A stretch of DNA of 57,281 bases, from positions 1 to 57,281 of IMG/VR virus record IMGVR_UViG_3300014838_000023. One strand, given 5' to 3'. How positions within the stretch are numbered: the stretch's first letter is position 1; each line of letters opens with the position of its first letter. Positions 39,299 to 46,604 of the stretch are shown in pieces. Under the pieces are notes generated by a model. It was not told where the DNA came from, made no database searches, and was given only the letters and a program-made list of their open reading frames with translations. The position numbers were made by a program, and so were the translations under genes. Source of the stretch: a virus. Its lineage: Duplodnaviria > Caudoviricetes.

Positions 39299-39517
39299 TC
39301 ATGCTGCCGGCGCTGCCTTCGTCTCGTCGCTGGCGACGGGGTTGGCTGAGAGCCATTCGAAGGAATCATAGGACTTGGCGTGTGCTTCTGGGTCGGGCTT
39401 CCTCTCCGATTTAACGAAGCCATCGCACCAAGGACAGCGCCAAACACCATGCAGCCATTGCCCCCATTCGTGGGAGCGAGGGCCCTTGCCGTATCGAATC
39501 GTTCTCGGTTGATTCAC
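39299..39517 (-). CDS. Small hypothetical protein (Zn-ribbon-like)
   Basis: WRCPWC motif. Ends in the shared ASDETKAA repeat. Confidence 0.4.
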   Translation of the reverse strand: MNQPRTIRYGKGPRSHEWGQWLHGVWRCPWCDGFVKSERKPDPEAHAKSYDSFEWLSANPVASDETKAAPAA

Positions 39518-39702
39518 TTCTTCACCTTCAAATGCCGTCGTCTCTGTGCAGTGGCGCGCTCATTGCGCCGAACCCGCATGAACAAACGCTTGCCGAACAC
39601 GGACCAAGCCACATCATGGATAAGCCCGCAGTCACAGCACCCGAGGCGAGAGACGCGCGGAAGCTCGAATACCTCGTCCTCAGCAGTGCGGGCGTATCTC
39701 AC
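39514..39702 (-). CDS. Small Cys-rich phage protein
   Basis: GTG start overlapping the upstream stop. CCDCGLIH...RRNERATAQRRR. Confidence 0.55.
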   Translation of the reverse strand: MRYARTAEDEVFELPRVSRLGCCDCGLIHDVAWSVFGKRLFMRVRRNERATAQRRRHLKVKK

Positions 39703-40226
39703 TGCGCTGCCTTCGTCTCGTCGCTGGCCTGGGTGGGTGGCAGATAGATGGCGAACCATTCGATAGGCGCAACATCCTCGTTTGGAAACGGGCGAGGGTC
39801 CACGAGGCTCGTGTAAGTCGCGCCCGGGAAGCGCCGATAAACGTAGACCTTAGGTCGGTCCGGCACCCCCGCCGTCTCGGGCGGCGATGCGCGTCCATCG
39901 GATGACAATGCGCAGACCTTGCAGATATGGCGTCGCTTGTGTCCGATGAACGTGCGCAGGCAATGGACGCAGCAGTTCGAGTAGCTGCCGTTCTCGTGGC
40001 TCGCGTCCTCGGAATAAGACCGCTCGTCATGCGTCGTGTCTTTGAGCAGCTTCCAGCCTTTCGGCACCCCCGCCGTCTCGGGCGGCGATGCGCGTCCTCC
40101 ATCGGATGAGGGAGGGGTGGCGCGGATGGCACGGGCAAAGCCACGAACACGCTCTGTGATCCCGTGGTAATCGGAGCAGCATAGGGCGTCTTCCCACATT
40201 TCATCTATCTGCTTGTCCGTCATCAT
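39699..40226 (-). CDS. Mosaic hypothetical protein with internal repeats
   Basis: Two RASPPETAGVP repeats flank a HENGSY..CC..C...GHKRR..C..C module. Confidence 0.55.
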   Translation of the reverse strand: MMTDKQIDEMWEDALCCSDYHGITERVRGFARAIRATPPSSDGGRASPPETAGVPKGWKLLKDTTHDERSYSEDASHENGSYSNCCVHCLRTFIGHKRRHICKVCALSSDGRASPPETAGVPDRPKVYVYRRFPGATYTSLVDPRPFPNEDVAPIEWFAIYLPPTQASDETKAAQ

Positions 40227-40232
40227 TGCTTC

Positions 40233-40463
40233 TCAGCTTGCGCCGCCTCCAGCTTGGTAAGCCAAGATCCAATCGCGCACTTCGTTTGCTGCCTTGAGGT
40301 AGTCGGGGCTGGGCGTCTTGGTCACCTCTTGCCCACGTCGATACGTGCGCCATATCTCGTCGCGCAGCCTCTTCGGCAGGGAAAACCAGTGCGGCTTGCA
40401 CCCCCACATTGCGGGCGGTACTTCGGCTGTGCAACCGGGCCAGTGACAGGTATGGCCGCTCAC
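40233..40463 (-). CDS. Small Zn-binding phage protein
   Basis: HTCHWPGC...MWGCKPHW...IWRTY. Confidence 0.6.
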   Translation of the reverse strand: MSGHTCHWPGCTAEVPPAMWGCKPHWFSLPKRLRDEIWRTYRRGQEVTKTPSPDYLKAANEVRDWILAYQAGGGAS

Positions 40464-41422
40464 GTCTGCTCCTTGGGTTCGCGTCCCTCGGATGAGGGAG
40501 AGGCGGCAAGAATGGCATTGATGGATGCGAGCGTGAGATTGACCGCTACCGCGCCTCGCTGATCGTTTGTCACCGGCCCGTCAGCAGGGTTGCCGCCGTC
40601 GTTGAATCCCATGTCGTAGAGGCCTTCGAGTGCTGGACGCAGCATGTCCGCCACCGGCTCACTCTGCGGGGCTGGCGTCTGTGCGACCAAACCGTTGATG
40701 GCGTGCTTGATTGCGTTCGCCAAGAACGGCTCTCGATCTTCAGCCAAGCCGAAAGGCTCAGCGAGACATGCCAATAGGAACTCACGAACGTCTTCAGCGC
40801 TACGCAAGTGCTCCGAGACGACAAACGGTCTGATCTGCAGGCCGGCCTTGGTCAGCGGCTCACTCTGCGGGACTGGCGTCTCGGGTGGTGATGCGGCGAG
40901 GGCCGTTCGGAGCCGTTCGATGTTGGCTTCGTGTTCGGCTCTTGGCGTCTCTCCGTCCTCGCGCCACAAGCCACCCGCCATCTTTCCCGGTGGTGATGGC
41001 CGACGAGTGAAGCCCGCCTGTCGCATCTTCTCGCTGCGGGTCTGCGGGACTGGCGTCTCGGGTGGTGAGGCGGAAATAGCGCGGCCAAGCCCTTCGCTAT
41101 CCTGCCCGGCTGTTTGCGGAGAAGGACGCTCTCGTGTCGCTTCGCTGGTTGGCGGTTCGGCCCATGGGCGTGTTTTTGCTTGTTGCCAGAGTCGTTCTTG
41201 CCTCTTGGCCTCTTCGTAGTCCGATAGCGGGATAGGCGGCTCGGTGGCTCCCTCGATGGGGGCTGCGTAGAGGGGCACGGAATAGACTTCATCGGGGGCG
41301 GCGTATAGCCAAACCTGAGTCTCGTGCGACAGGCAGACACGAGCAAGTGAACGCGGGCTGATCCACGCTACCGGCTCAGGCGCGGCTCCCTGCTGCTCTG
41401 GACGAGCGACTTTTTTGGTCAT
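40460..41422 (-). CDS. Mosaic Ea22-like hypothetical protein
   Basis: EPVAW...PLYAAP motifs and repeated ASPPETPVPQ linkers. Confidence 0.5.
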   Translation of the reverse strand: MTKKVARPEQQGAAPEPVAWISPRSLARVCLSHETQVWLYAAPDEVYSVPLYAAPIEGATEPPIPLSDYEEAKRQERLWQQAKTRPWAEPPTSEATRERPSPQTAGQDSEGLGRAISASPPETPVPQTRSEKMRQAGFTRRPSPPGKMAGGLWREDGETPRAEHEANIERLRTALAASPPETPVPQSEPLTKAGLQIRPFVVSEHLRSAEDVREFLLACLAEPFGLAEDREPFLANAIKHAINGLVAQTPAPQSEPVADMLRPALEGLYDMGFNDGGNPADGPVTNDQRGAVAVNLTLASINAILAASPSSEGREPKEQT

Positions 41423-41435
41423 GATTCAATCCTTT

Positions 41436-41708
41436 TCATCCTGCCCGGCTGTTTGCGGCGCAAGCCCGGGCATACTCACAGCCGCGGCATGTCTCGTTCA
41501 AGTCCATGCGGGTCAGCGGCGGCAGGCCGCCCCCGATCTTCGCGGCGGCCTTCTCGATGCGAATTGCCTTCTCGGAGCTCGCCTTGCGGTCGCCGGCCGA
41601 CAGCTGGTACAGCATGCCGACGGACGTGTTGGCCAGCCTGGCGAGCTTTTCCTTTTGCTCGAGACTGGCCGCGGACATCCACTTCTTCAAGGCCTTGTTC
41701 GTTGCCAT
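41436..41708 (-). CDS. Cro/YdaS-like HTH repressor
   Basis: KLARLANTSVGMLYQLSAGDRKASSEKAIRIE HTH, next to divergent promoters. Confidence 0.7.
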   Translation of the reverse strand: MATNKALKKWMSAASLEQKEKLARLANTSVGMLYQLSAGDRKASSEKAIRIEKAAAKIGGGLPPLTRMDLNETCRGCEYARACAANSRAG

Positions 41709-41713
41709 GGGGC

Positions 41714-41779
41714 ATCCTACAGCGATTGCTGAAAAAATGTCAAATAGTTCTTGCAGGTCTGCAAATGCTGTGATAAATT
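41714..41779. promoter_or_regulatory. Divergent sigma70 promoters with two operator-like palindromes
   Basis: Leftward TTGACA(41743)-N18-TAGGAT. Rightward TTGCAG(41751)-N17-TAAATT with TGn extension. CAGCGATTGCTG at 41720 and CTGCAAATGCTG at 41759. Confidence 0.6.
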
Positions 41780-42039
41780 TTCCTCCAACCACACGGACCC
41801 AAGGCCATGAGACCGCATTTCCTTCGAGGCTGGAGCGACACGCAACCCGTGGTGCACGTCTGCTCTAGTTGCGGAGGTGATTGCCCGACGCCTGCGGCCT
41901 GCCACTGGCCGGATGATCCCGATCACGACGTCGGGCGATGGCCCGCGTTCTGGGTCGCCGTGCTTCTCGCCGCTTGCTGCGCGACGGTCGGCTGGGGCCT
42001 CTTTCTGATTTTCCACCACACGCCTTGAAAGGGCACGAC

Positions 42040-42459
42040 ATGATGACCTCTGTTCACCTCGAGTTCGCCGACGCCGATGAGGCTGCCGCATTCTTCATTG
42101 CGTACCACGCCGGCAGGAAGGCCCCGGGAGCCTCTGCCTCCGCGCCGAAGACGCCAACTGCGGCTGCCGATCATCTGCAGAAGGTCAAGGAGGCCGCAGC
42201 CGCTCCCGCCGCAGCCGCGCCGGCTCCGGCGGCTGCCGCACCCCCGCCTCCCGCGGCAGCCGTGACGTACGCGACGTACGCCGAGAACGGCAACCTGCTG
42301 AGCGACACCATCGCCAAGCTGGTCGCCAAGGACCAGTCCAAGGCCGTCGCGATCCTGAGCGAGCTTGGCGTCAAGCGCGGCCCACTGCTCACAGCCGAGC
42401 AGTGGCCCGTGGCCATGGCCAAGTTCAGCGCGGCGCTGTCGGCTGCCGAGTTGGCGTAA
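42040..42459 (+). CDS. Ala/Pro-rich protein upstream of DUF2800
   Basis: Typical of APSE-like modules. C-terminal ILSELGVKRGPLLTAEQW. Confidence 0.6.
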   Translation: MMTSVHLEFADADEAAAFFIAYHAGRKAPGASASAPKTPTAAADHLQKVKEAAAAPAAAAPAPAAAAPPPPAAAVTYATYAENGNLLSDTIAKLVAKDQSKAVAILSELGVKRGPLLTAEQWPVAMAKFSAALSAAELA

Positions 42460-42620
42460 GTCATGGACATGCCGGACGACGATTGGGAAGATCTCGACGG
42501 CACTCCCATGCCGCCACCACCCTTGTCCGAACGGGCGCCGACGCCAACCGAGCCGGTTCCGTATCGGTACGAAGACCAGTACGGAAATGAGCGCTGGTCC
42601 GACACGCACGAGAAGGTGCG

Positions 42621-43232
42621 ATGAGCGAACACGCCAAGCTATCGCCAAGCTCCAGCAAGGGATGGCTGAAGTGCGCCGGCCGAATCGCTCTTGAGTCCGC
42701 GTTCCCCGACTCGTACAGCGCCGCTTCCGACAAGGGCACGGCCATCCACCTGGTCAGCAAACTGGTGCTGACCGAGCCGGTCGAGTGGCCAGCCGCGATC
42801 CGTGCCATCGGCACCAACGTGCCGGTGCACAGCCCCGGCGAGCTAACGCGCGTGGTCTGGTTCACGCAGGACATGGCCGAGATGGCCCAGGACTACGTCG
42901 ACACGATCAAGGCGCTGAGCAAGGGCCACATCGTGCTCATCGAGCACCGGGTCGACTTCAGCGAGTTCGTGGGCGTGCCCAACAGCTTCGGTACGGCCGA
43001 CTGCATCATCCTGATCGCTCTGCCCGACGGCGGCTACGAGCTTTTCATCATCGACCTGAAGACGGGCTGGATCCGTGTATTCGTCGAGAACAACACGCAA
43101 GGCATGCTGTACGCGCTGGGCGCCATTGCCGAGCTGGGAATCAGCTACGACATCCGCCGCGTGCGCATCGGCATCTTCCAAAAAGAGCACGGCGGCTTGA
43201 GCGAGTGGGTCATTCCGGTTGGAGATATGTGA
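42621..43232 (+). CDS. DUF2800 (Cas4-like PD-(D/E)xK nuclease), N-terminal part
   Basis: HAKLSPSS..W..C, GTAIH, FGTAD...IDLKTG, QGMLYALG. Confidence 0.85.
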   Translation: MSEHAKLSPSSSKGWLKCAGRIALESAFPDSYSAASDKGTAIHLVSKLVLTEPVEWPAAIRAIGTNVPVHSPGELTRVVWFTQDMAEMAQDYVDTIKALSKGHIVLIEHRVDFSEFVGVPNSFGTADCIILIALPDGGYELFIIDLKTGWIRVFVENNTQGMLYALGAIAELGISYDIRRVRIGIFQKEHGGLSEWVIPVGDM

Positions 43233-43705
43233 TGAGCGAACGATGGGATCGACATTTTCTAGGGCTTGCTCTGTATCACTCGAAACTGAGCAAGGACCCA
43301 TCTACCCAAGTCGGCTCGGTGATCGTCGGTCCTGACCGCGAGATTCTGTCGGCAGGATTCAACGGCTTCCCGCGAGGAATCGCCGATACGCAAGAGCGTC
43401 TCAACAACCGTGATGTGAAGCTGAAACTTGTCGTGCACGCTGAGATGAATGCATTGCTCGCTGCGGCACGAACAGGAATGCGGCTCAAGGGGTGCTCGTT
43501 GTATCTGGCCGCCACTGACGAGTCGGGAATGGTCTGGGGTGGCCCTCCGTGCACACGCTGCACCGTGGAGATCATCCAGGTCGGCATCGGCGAGATCGTC
43601 AGTTTTCCAATGAAAACCGCACCATCCAGATGGCACGAAGACCTTGCGTTGGCACGCAAGTTGATCGACGAAGCCGGGATCATGTACCGGGAAATTCAAC
43701 CGTGA
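43232..43705 (+). CDS. dCMP deaminase
   Basis: SKDPSTQVG, GFNGFPRG, HAEMNA, PCTRC. Confidence 0.9.
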   Translation: MSERWDRHFLGLALYHSKLSKDPSTQVGSVIVGPDREILSAGFNGFPRGIADTQERLNNRDVKLKLVVHAEMNALLAAARTGMRLKGCSLYLAATDESGMVWGGPPCTRCTVEIIQVGIGEIVSFPMKTAPSRWHEDLALARKLIDEAGIMYREIQP

Positions 43706-44421
43706 CCGAATTCAAGACCCTTGCCGAGTTCGCGGCCTACGCCAAGGACCGCGCAAAGAAAGTCGAAGCCGCGATCGAGTATCACGGCAAGATGGAGCAA
43801 GCGACTTGGGAGAAGGTCTACCTCCACCCCAATCCGAATGAGGAAGACTGTCGATTCTGCAAGGCCATGGCCACGTGTCCGGCGATGGCCAAGAAGGTCC
43901 AGGAAACCATCGGCGCGTCGTTCGACGTGGTCGTCGAGCAGGGCATCCCGGTCGAGGCCATCGTCCAGGAAATGACACCGGACACGCTGGCCACGCGGAT
44001 GTCTGCCACCGGCCTGCTCGAGGACTACATCCGCTCCATCCGCGCCGAGACCGAGCGCCGGCTGCTCGCGAACATCCCCGTCGCCGGCTGGGGCCTCGAG
44101 TTGGGCCGCGAAGGCCCGCGCAAGTGGACCGATCCGGTGAAGGCCGAAGAGCACCTCCGCAAGAATTTCCGGCTCACGGTCGAGCAGTGCTACGACATGT
44201 CCGTCATCAGCCCGACGTCGGCCGAAAAGCTCCTGAAGACCCCGGCCAAGAACGGCAAGGCGATGCTCTTGAGCAAGCGCCAGTGGACCAAGCTGCAGGA
44301 GATCATCGTGCGCAACCCGGCGGTGCCGTCTGTCAAGCCGGCGTCCGCGATCAAGACACCCTACACCCCCGGCGATCGGACACCGGTCGACGACTTCGAA
44401 GCTGTTCCGGAGGACACATGA
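43702..44421 (+). CDS. DUF2800 nuclease, C-terminal part
   Basis: CRFCKAMATC Fe-S ligand cluster, GWGLELGREGPRKW, SPTSAEK. GTG start overlaps the deaminase stop. Confidence 0.8.
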   Translation: MTEFKTLAEFAAYAKDRAKKVEAAIEYHGKMEQATWEKVYLHPNPNEEDCRFCKAMATCPAMAKKVQETIGASFDVVVEQGIPVEAIVQEMTPDTLATRMSATGLLEDYIRSIRAETERRLLANIPVAGWGLELGREGPRKWTDPVKAEEHLRKNFRLTVEQCYDMSVISPTSAEKLLKTPAKNGKAMLLSKRQWTKLQEIIVRNPAVPSVKPASAIKTPYTPGDRTPVDDFEAVPEDT

Positions 44422-44891
44422 GCGAGTTCACCGAGCGGGTCAGTCTTGCTTGGCGCATCCTTCGCGGCCGTGATGGTGGCATCGCTGCCCATGCCAAGCG
44501 AGAACTGGCCTACGACAAGGACGCGCTTGCGATGGTCCTGGATGTCGTGCGAACCTTCGCCACACAAGGCCATAGCGGCGGCAGCGCCCCGATCACGATC
44601 AATATGATTGGCGCCATCCTATCGTTCAAACCGATCGGCCCGCTCCTGGGCACGGACAACGAATGGGTGGACGTTGCCGAAGTATCAGGTAGGGTGCTCT
44701 GGCAGAACAAGCGTTGCAGCCGAGTCTTCAGGGAAGGCGACGGGCAGGCCTACGACATCGACGGGATTGTCTGGAAGGAAACCGACCTTGACGGCGCAGT
44801 CACGACCTTCACGAATCATGAGAGTCGCGTGCCAGTGACATTTCCCTACTACCCAACCACGGAGTACCGGGACGCACCGGTATCAGCATGA
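44418..44891 (+). CDS. Conserved phage protein
   Basis: HAKREL...FATQGHSGGSA...PL.G.D.EW...QNKRCSRVF...VTFPY. Confidence 0.65.
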   Translation: MSEFTERVSLAWRILRGRDGGIAAHAKRELAYDKDALAMVLDVVRTFATQGHSGGSAPITINMIGAILSFKPIGPLLGTDNEWVDVAEVSGRVLWQNKRCSRVFREGDGQAYDIDGIVWKETDLDGAVTTFTNHESRVPVTFPYYPTTEYRDAPVSA

Positions 44892-45196
44892 GACTCGAGC
44901 CAAAAACGCCGTGGTTCACGGCCCTGCAAAACCCGGCGCGTCCTGGCAAATACGAGGCCCAGTTGTACTCGTTTCACACGCATACTCTGGGGCCGGTCGT
45001 CATGCTGTATTGGGACGGCCGGCACTGGTCGAACGAGGAGATGTGCTGCAGTGAAGACCGCTGGCGCGGCCTCACGTTTCCGAGACTTTCCCCAACCCCC
45101 ACTTCAAGGAGACCAATCCGTGGGCATGAGTATCAAACTGAAAGACGTCCGCTGCAGCTTCCTCGTGCTCGCCGAGCCCGAGTATTTCGGCGGTAG
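44888..45196 (+). CDS. Hypothetical protein
   Basis: TPWF...PARPGKYE...YWDG..W...WRGL motif. Its 3' end overlaps the SSB gene. Confidence 0.45.
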   Translation: MRLEPKTPWFTALQNPARPGKYEAQLYSFHTHTLGPVVMLYWDGRHWSNEEMCCSEDRWRGLTFPRLSPTPTSRRPIRGHEYQTERRPLQLPRARRARVFRR

Positions 45197-45722
45197 CAAG
45201 AGCAAGCCCGAGGACAAGCGGCGCTGGTCCGCGACCGCGCTGATCCCGGCCGACAGCGAGCAGCGCAAGATGGTCGACGACGCGCTGCGCGCCGTGGCCA
45301 AGGAGCAGTGGCCGCAGAAGTGGGAGACGATGCTGGCGAACATCCTGCCCGACCCGAAGGGCTGCTGCTGGGTCGACGGCGCGCGCAAGGACTTCGACGG
45401 CTACAAGGGCCACTGGGCGCTCACCGCGCACCGCACCGAGGACAAGGGCCGGCCTCTCGTCTTCGATAACTCGAAGGAGCCGATCTACAAGCCCAACAAC
45501 GAGCTGTACGAGGGCAAGGCCGGGCGCCTGTTCTCGGGCTGCTACGTCAACATGCAGGTCGAGATCTGGGCGCAGAACAACAAGGCCGGCAAGGGCCTGC
45601 GCGCCACGCTGCTGGGCATCCAGCGCGTGCGCATCGGCGAGGCCTTCGGTGGCGGCCGTCCCCCGGATCCGAACGACTTCGAGGAGATCGCGGGCGAGGA
45701 TGACGGGGAGTCTCTGTCGTGA
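45120..45722 (+). CDS. DUF2815 ssDNA-binding/annealing protein
   Basis: VRCSF...SGCYVN...IWAQ...LLGIQ...GEAFGGG with acidic tail. AGGAG RBS before the GTG. Confidence 0.85.
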   Translation: MGMSIKLKDVRCSFLVLAEPEYFGGSKSKPEDKRRWSATALIPADSEQRKMVDDALRAVAKEQWPQKWETMLANILPDPKGCCWVDGARKDFDGYKGHWALTAHRTEDKGRPLVFDNSKEPIYKPNNELYEGKAGRLFSGCYVNMQVEIWAQNNKAGKGLRATLLGIQRVRIGEAFGGGRPPDPNDFEEIAGEDDGESLS

Positions 45723-46090
45723 CACCTGTGGCCGCGGTCGGATGGCCGGTCTGGCTTCATCGCTACGTCCAGATCGCCTCTTTCACAGGCTGCGCGGTAC
45801 CTATGAATGGCACCGTGCTGTGAAAACCGTCGTGGTCGACTTCGACGCACTGCACGCCAACCCCGTGCACCGCGCCTTGAGGTTGATCAAGCTCCTGCGC
45901 GATGAGGGCATCCCCGCGTTCGGAGCTATCGCGCTCGAGGGGGTAGAGGCCGGCGTGCTGTCGATCACCGCTGCCGACCTGGCCACTGGCAAGGTCACGT
46001 ACAGCTGGGCCGAAAGCTGAATGTAAAGTACACCACAACAACTACAACAACAGCTAGAGTCACGGCTCGTCGCGCACTGTGGTGCGTACA

Positions 46091-46163
46091 TGCAAATTAG
46101 CTCATCTGGTAGAGCATAGGTCTCATACACCTTTGGTAGCTGGTTCGATTCCAGTATTCGCAA
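46091..46163 (+). tRNA. tRNA with CAT anticodon (elongator Met or Ile2), no encoded CCA
   Basis: Acceptor TGCAAAT/ATTCGCA (1 mismatch), D arm GCTC/GAGC, loop CTCATAC, T arm GCTGG-TTCGATT-CCAGT. Confidence 0.75.
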
Positions 46164-46233
46164 CGGCCCTTAAAAAAGGTCTCGCACTATCGAATTCGCG
46201 ACGAACTGAACAAGGAGAAGTCCAACAAGTTTC

Positions 46234-46354
46234 GTGACAACTGATCGGCTTACATGCACTGTTAATGCGGAAGTTGTGGGTTCGAATCCCATCGACCCTC
46301 TCGGGGGACGTAGGTCAACTGGTAGACCGCCTAGAAAGCCGATCGACTCGTCAC
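46234..46354 (+). ncRNA. YrlA/Y-RNA-like circularly permuted tRNA mimic with Asn(GUU) anticodon loop
   Basis: Terminal stems GTGAC/GTCAC and GATCGGCTT/AAGCCGATC enclose an anticodon hairpin GCA-CTGTTAA-TGC, a T arm, a loop-closed acceptor stem and then a D arm. Confidence 0.75.
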
Positions 46355-46361
46355 ACTAAAT

Positions 46362-46437
46362 TGCGGGGTAGATCAGTTGGTAGATCGCCGGGTTCATACC
46401 CCGGAGGTCGTGGGTTCAAGTCCCACCCCCGCTTCCA
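46362..46437 (+). tRNA. Initiator tRNA-fMet(CAT) with CCA end
   Basis: Unpaired 1:72, A11-U24, three G-C pairs at the bottom of the anticodon stem (CCGGG-TTCATAC-CCCGG), T loop TTCAAGT, CCA. Confidence 0.9.
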
Positions 46438-46438
46438 G

Positions 46439-46572
46439 GTTCGCCGTCACTTTGAGAGGTTTCATGCTTCTGGTGCACGAGGTGGCTGGGTTCGATTCCC
46501 AGCTCGGGGCCCCACCGGCTCCGGTAGCTCAGCGGGAGAGCGCGTAAAAAGCCACTCGAGACTTACGGCAAC
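46439..46572 (+). ncRNA. YrlA/Y-RNA-like circularly permuted tRNA mimic with Gln(CUG) anticodon loop
   Basis: Terminal stems GCCGT/ACGGC and TTGAGAGGTTT/AAGCCACTCGA enclose TGC-TTCTGGT-GCA, T arm GCTGGG-TTCGATT-CCCAGC, an acceptor stem closed by a CCA-containing loop, and D arm GCTC-AGCGGGA-GAGC. Confidence 0.75.
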
Positions 46573-46604
46573 AGTTTTTCTCACTCAGCACGGAGGTGCT
46601 TACC

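Noticed and set aside
43232-43705. Self-splicing intron explaining the DUF2800 split
   Set aside because: The insert is fully occupied by the deaminase ORF with overlapping start/stop codons, leaving no room for a group I/II ribozyme core.
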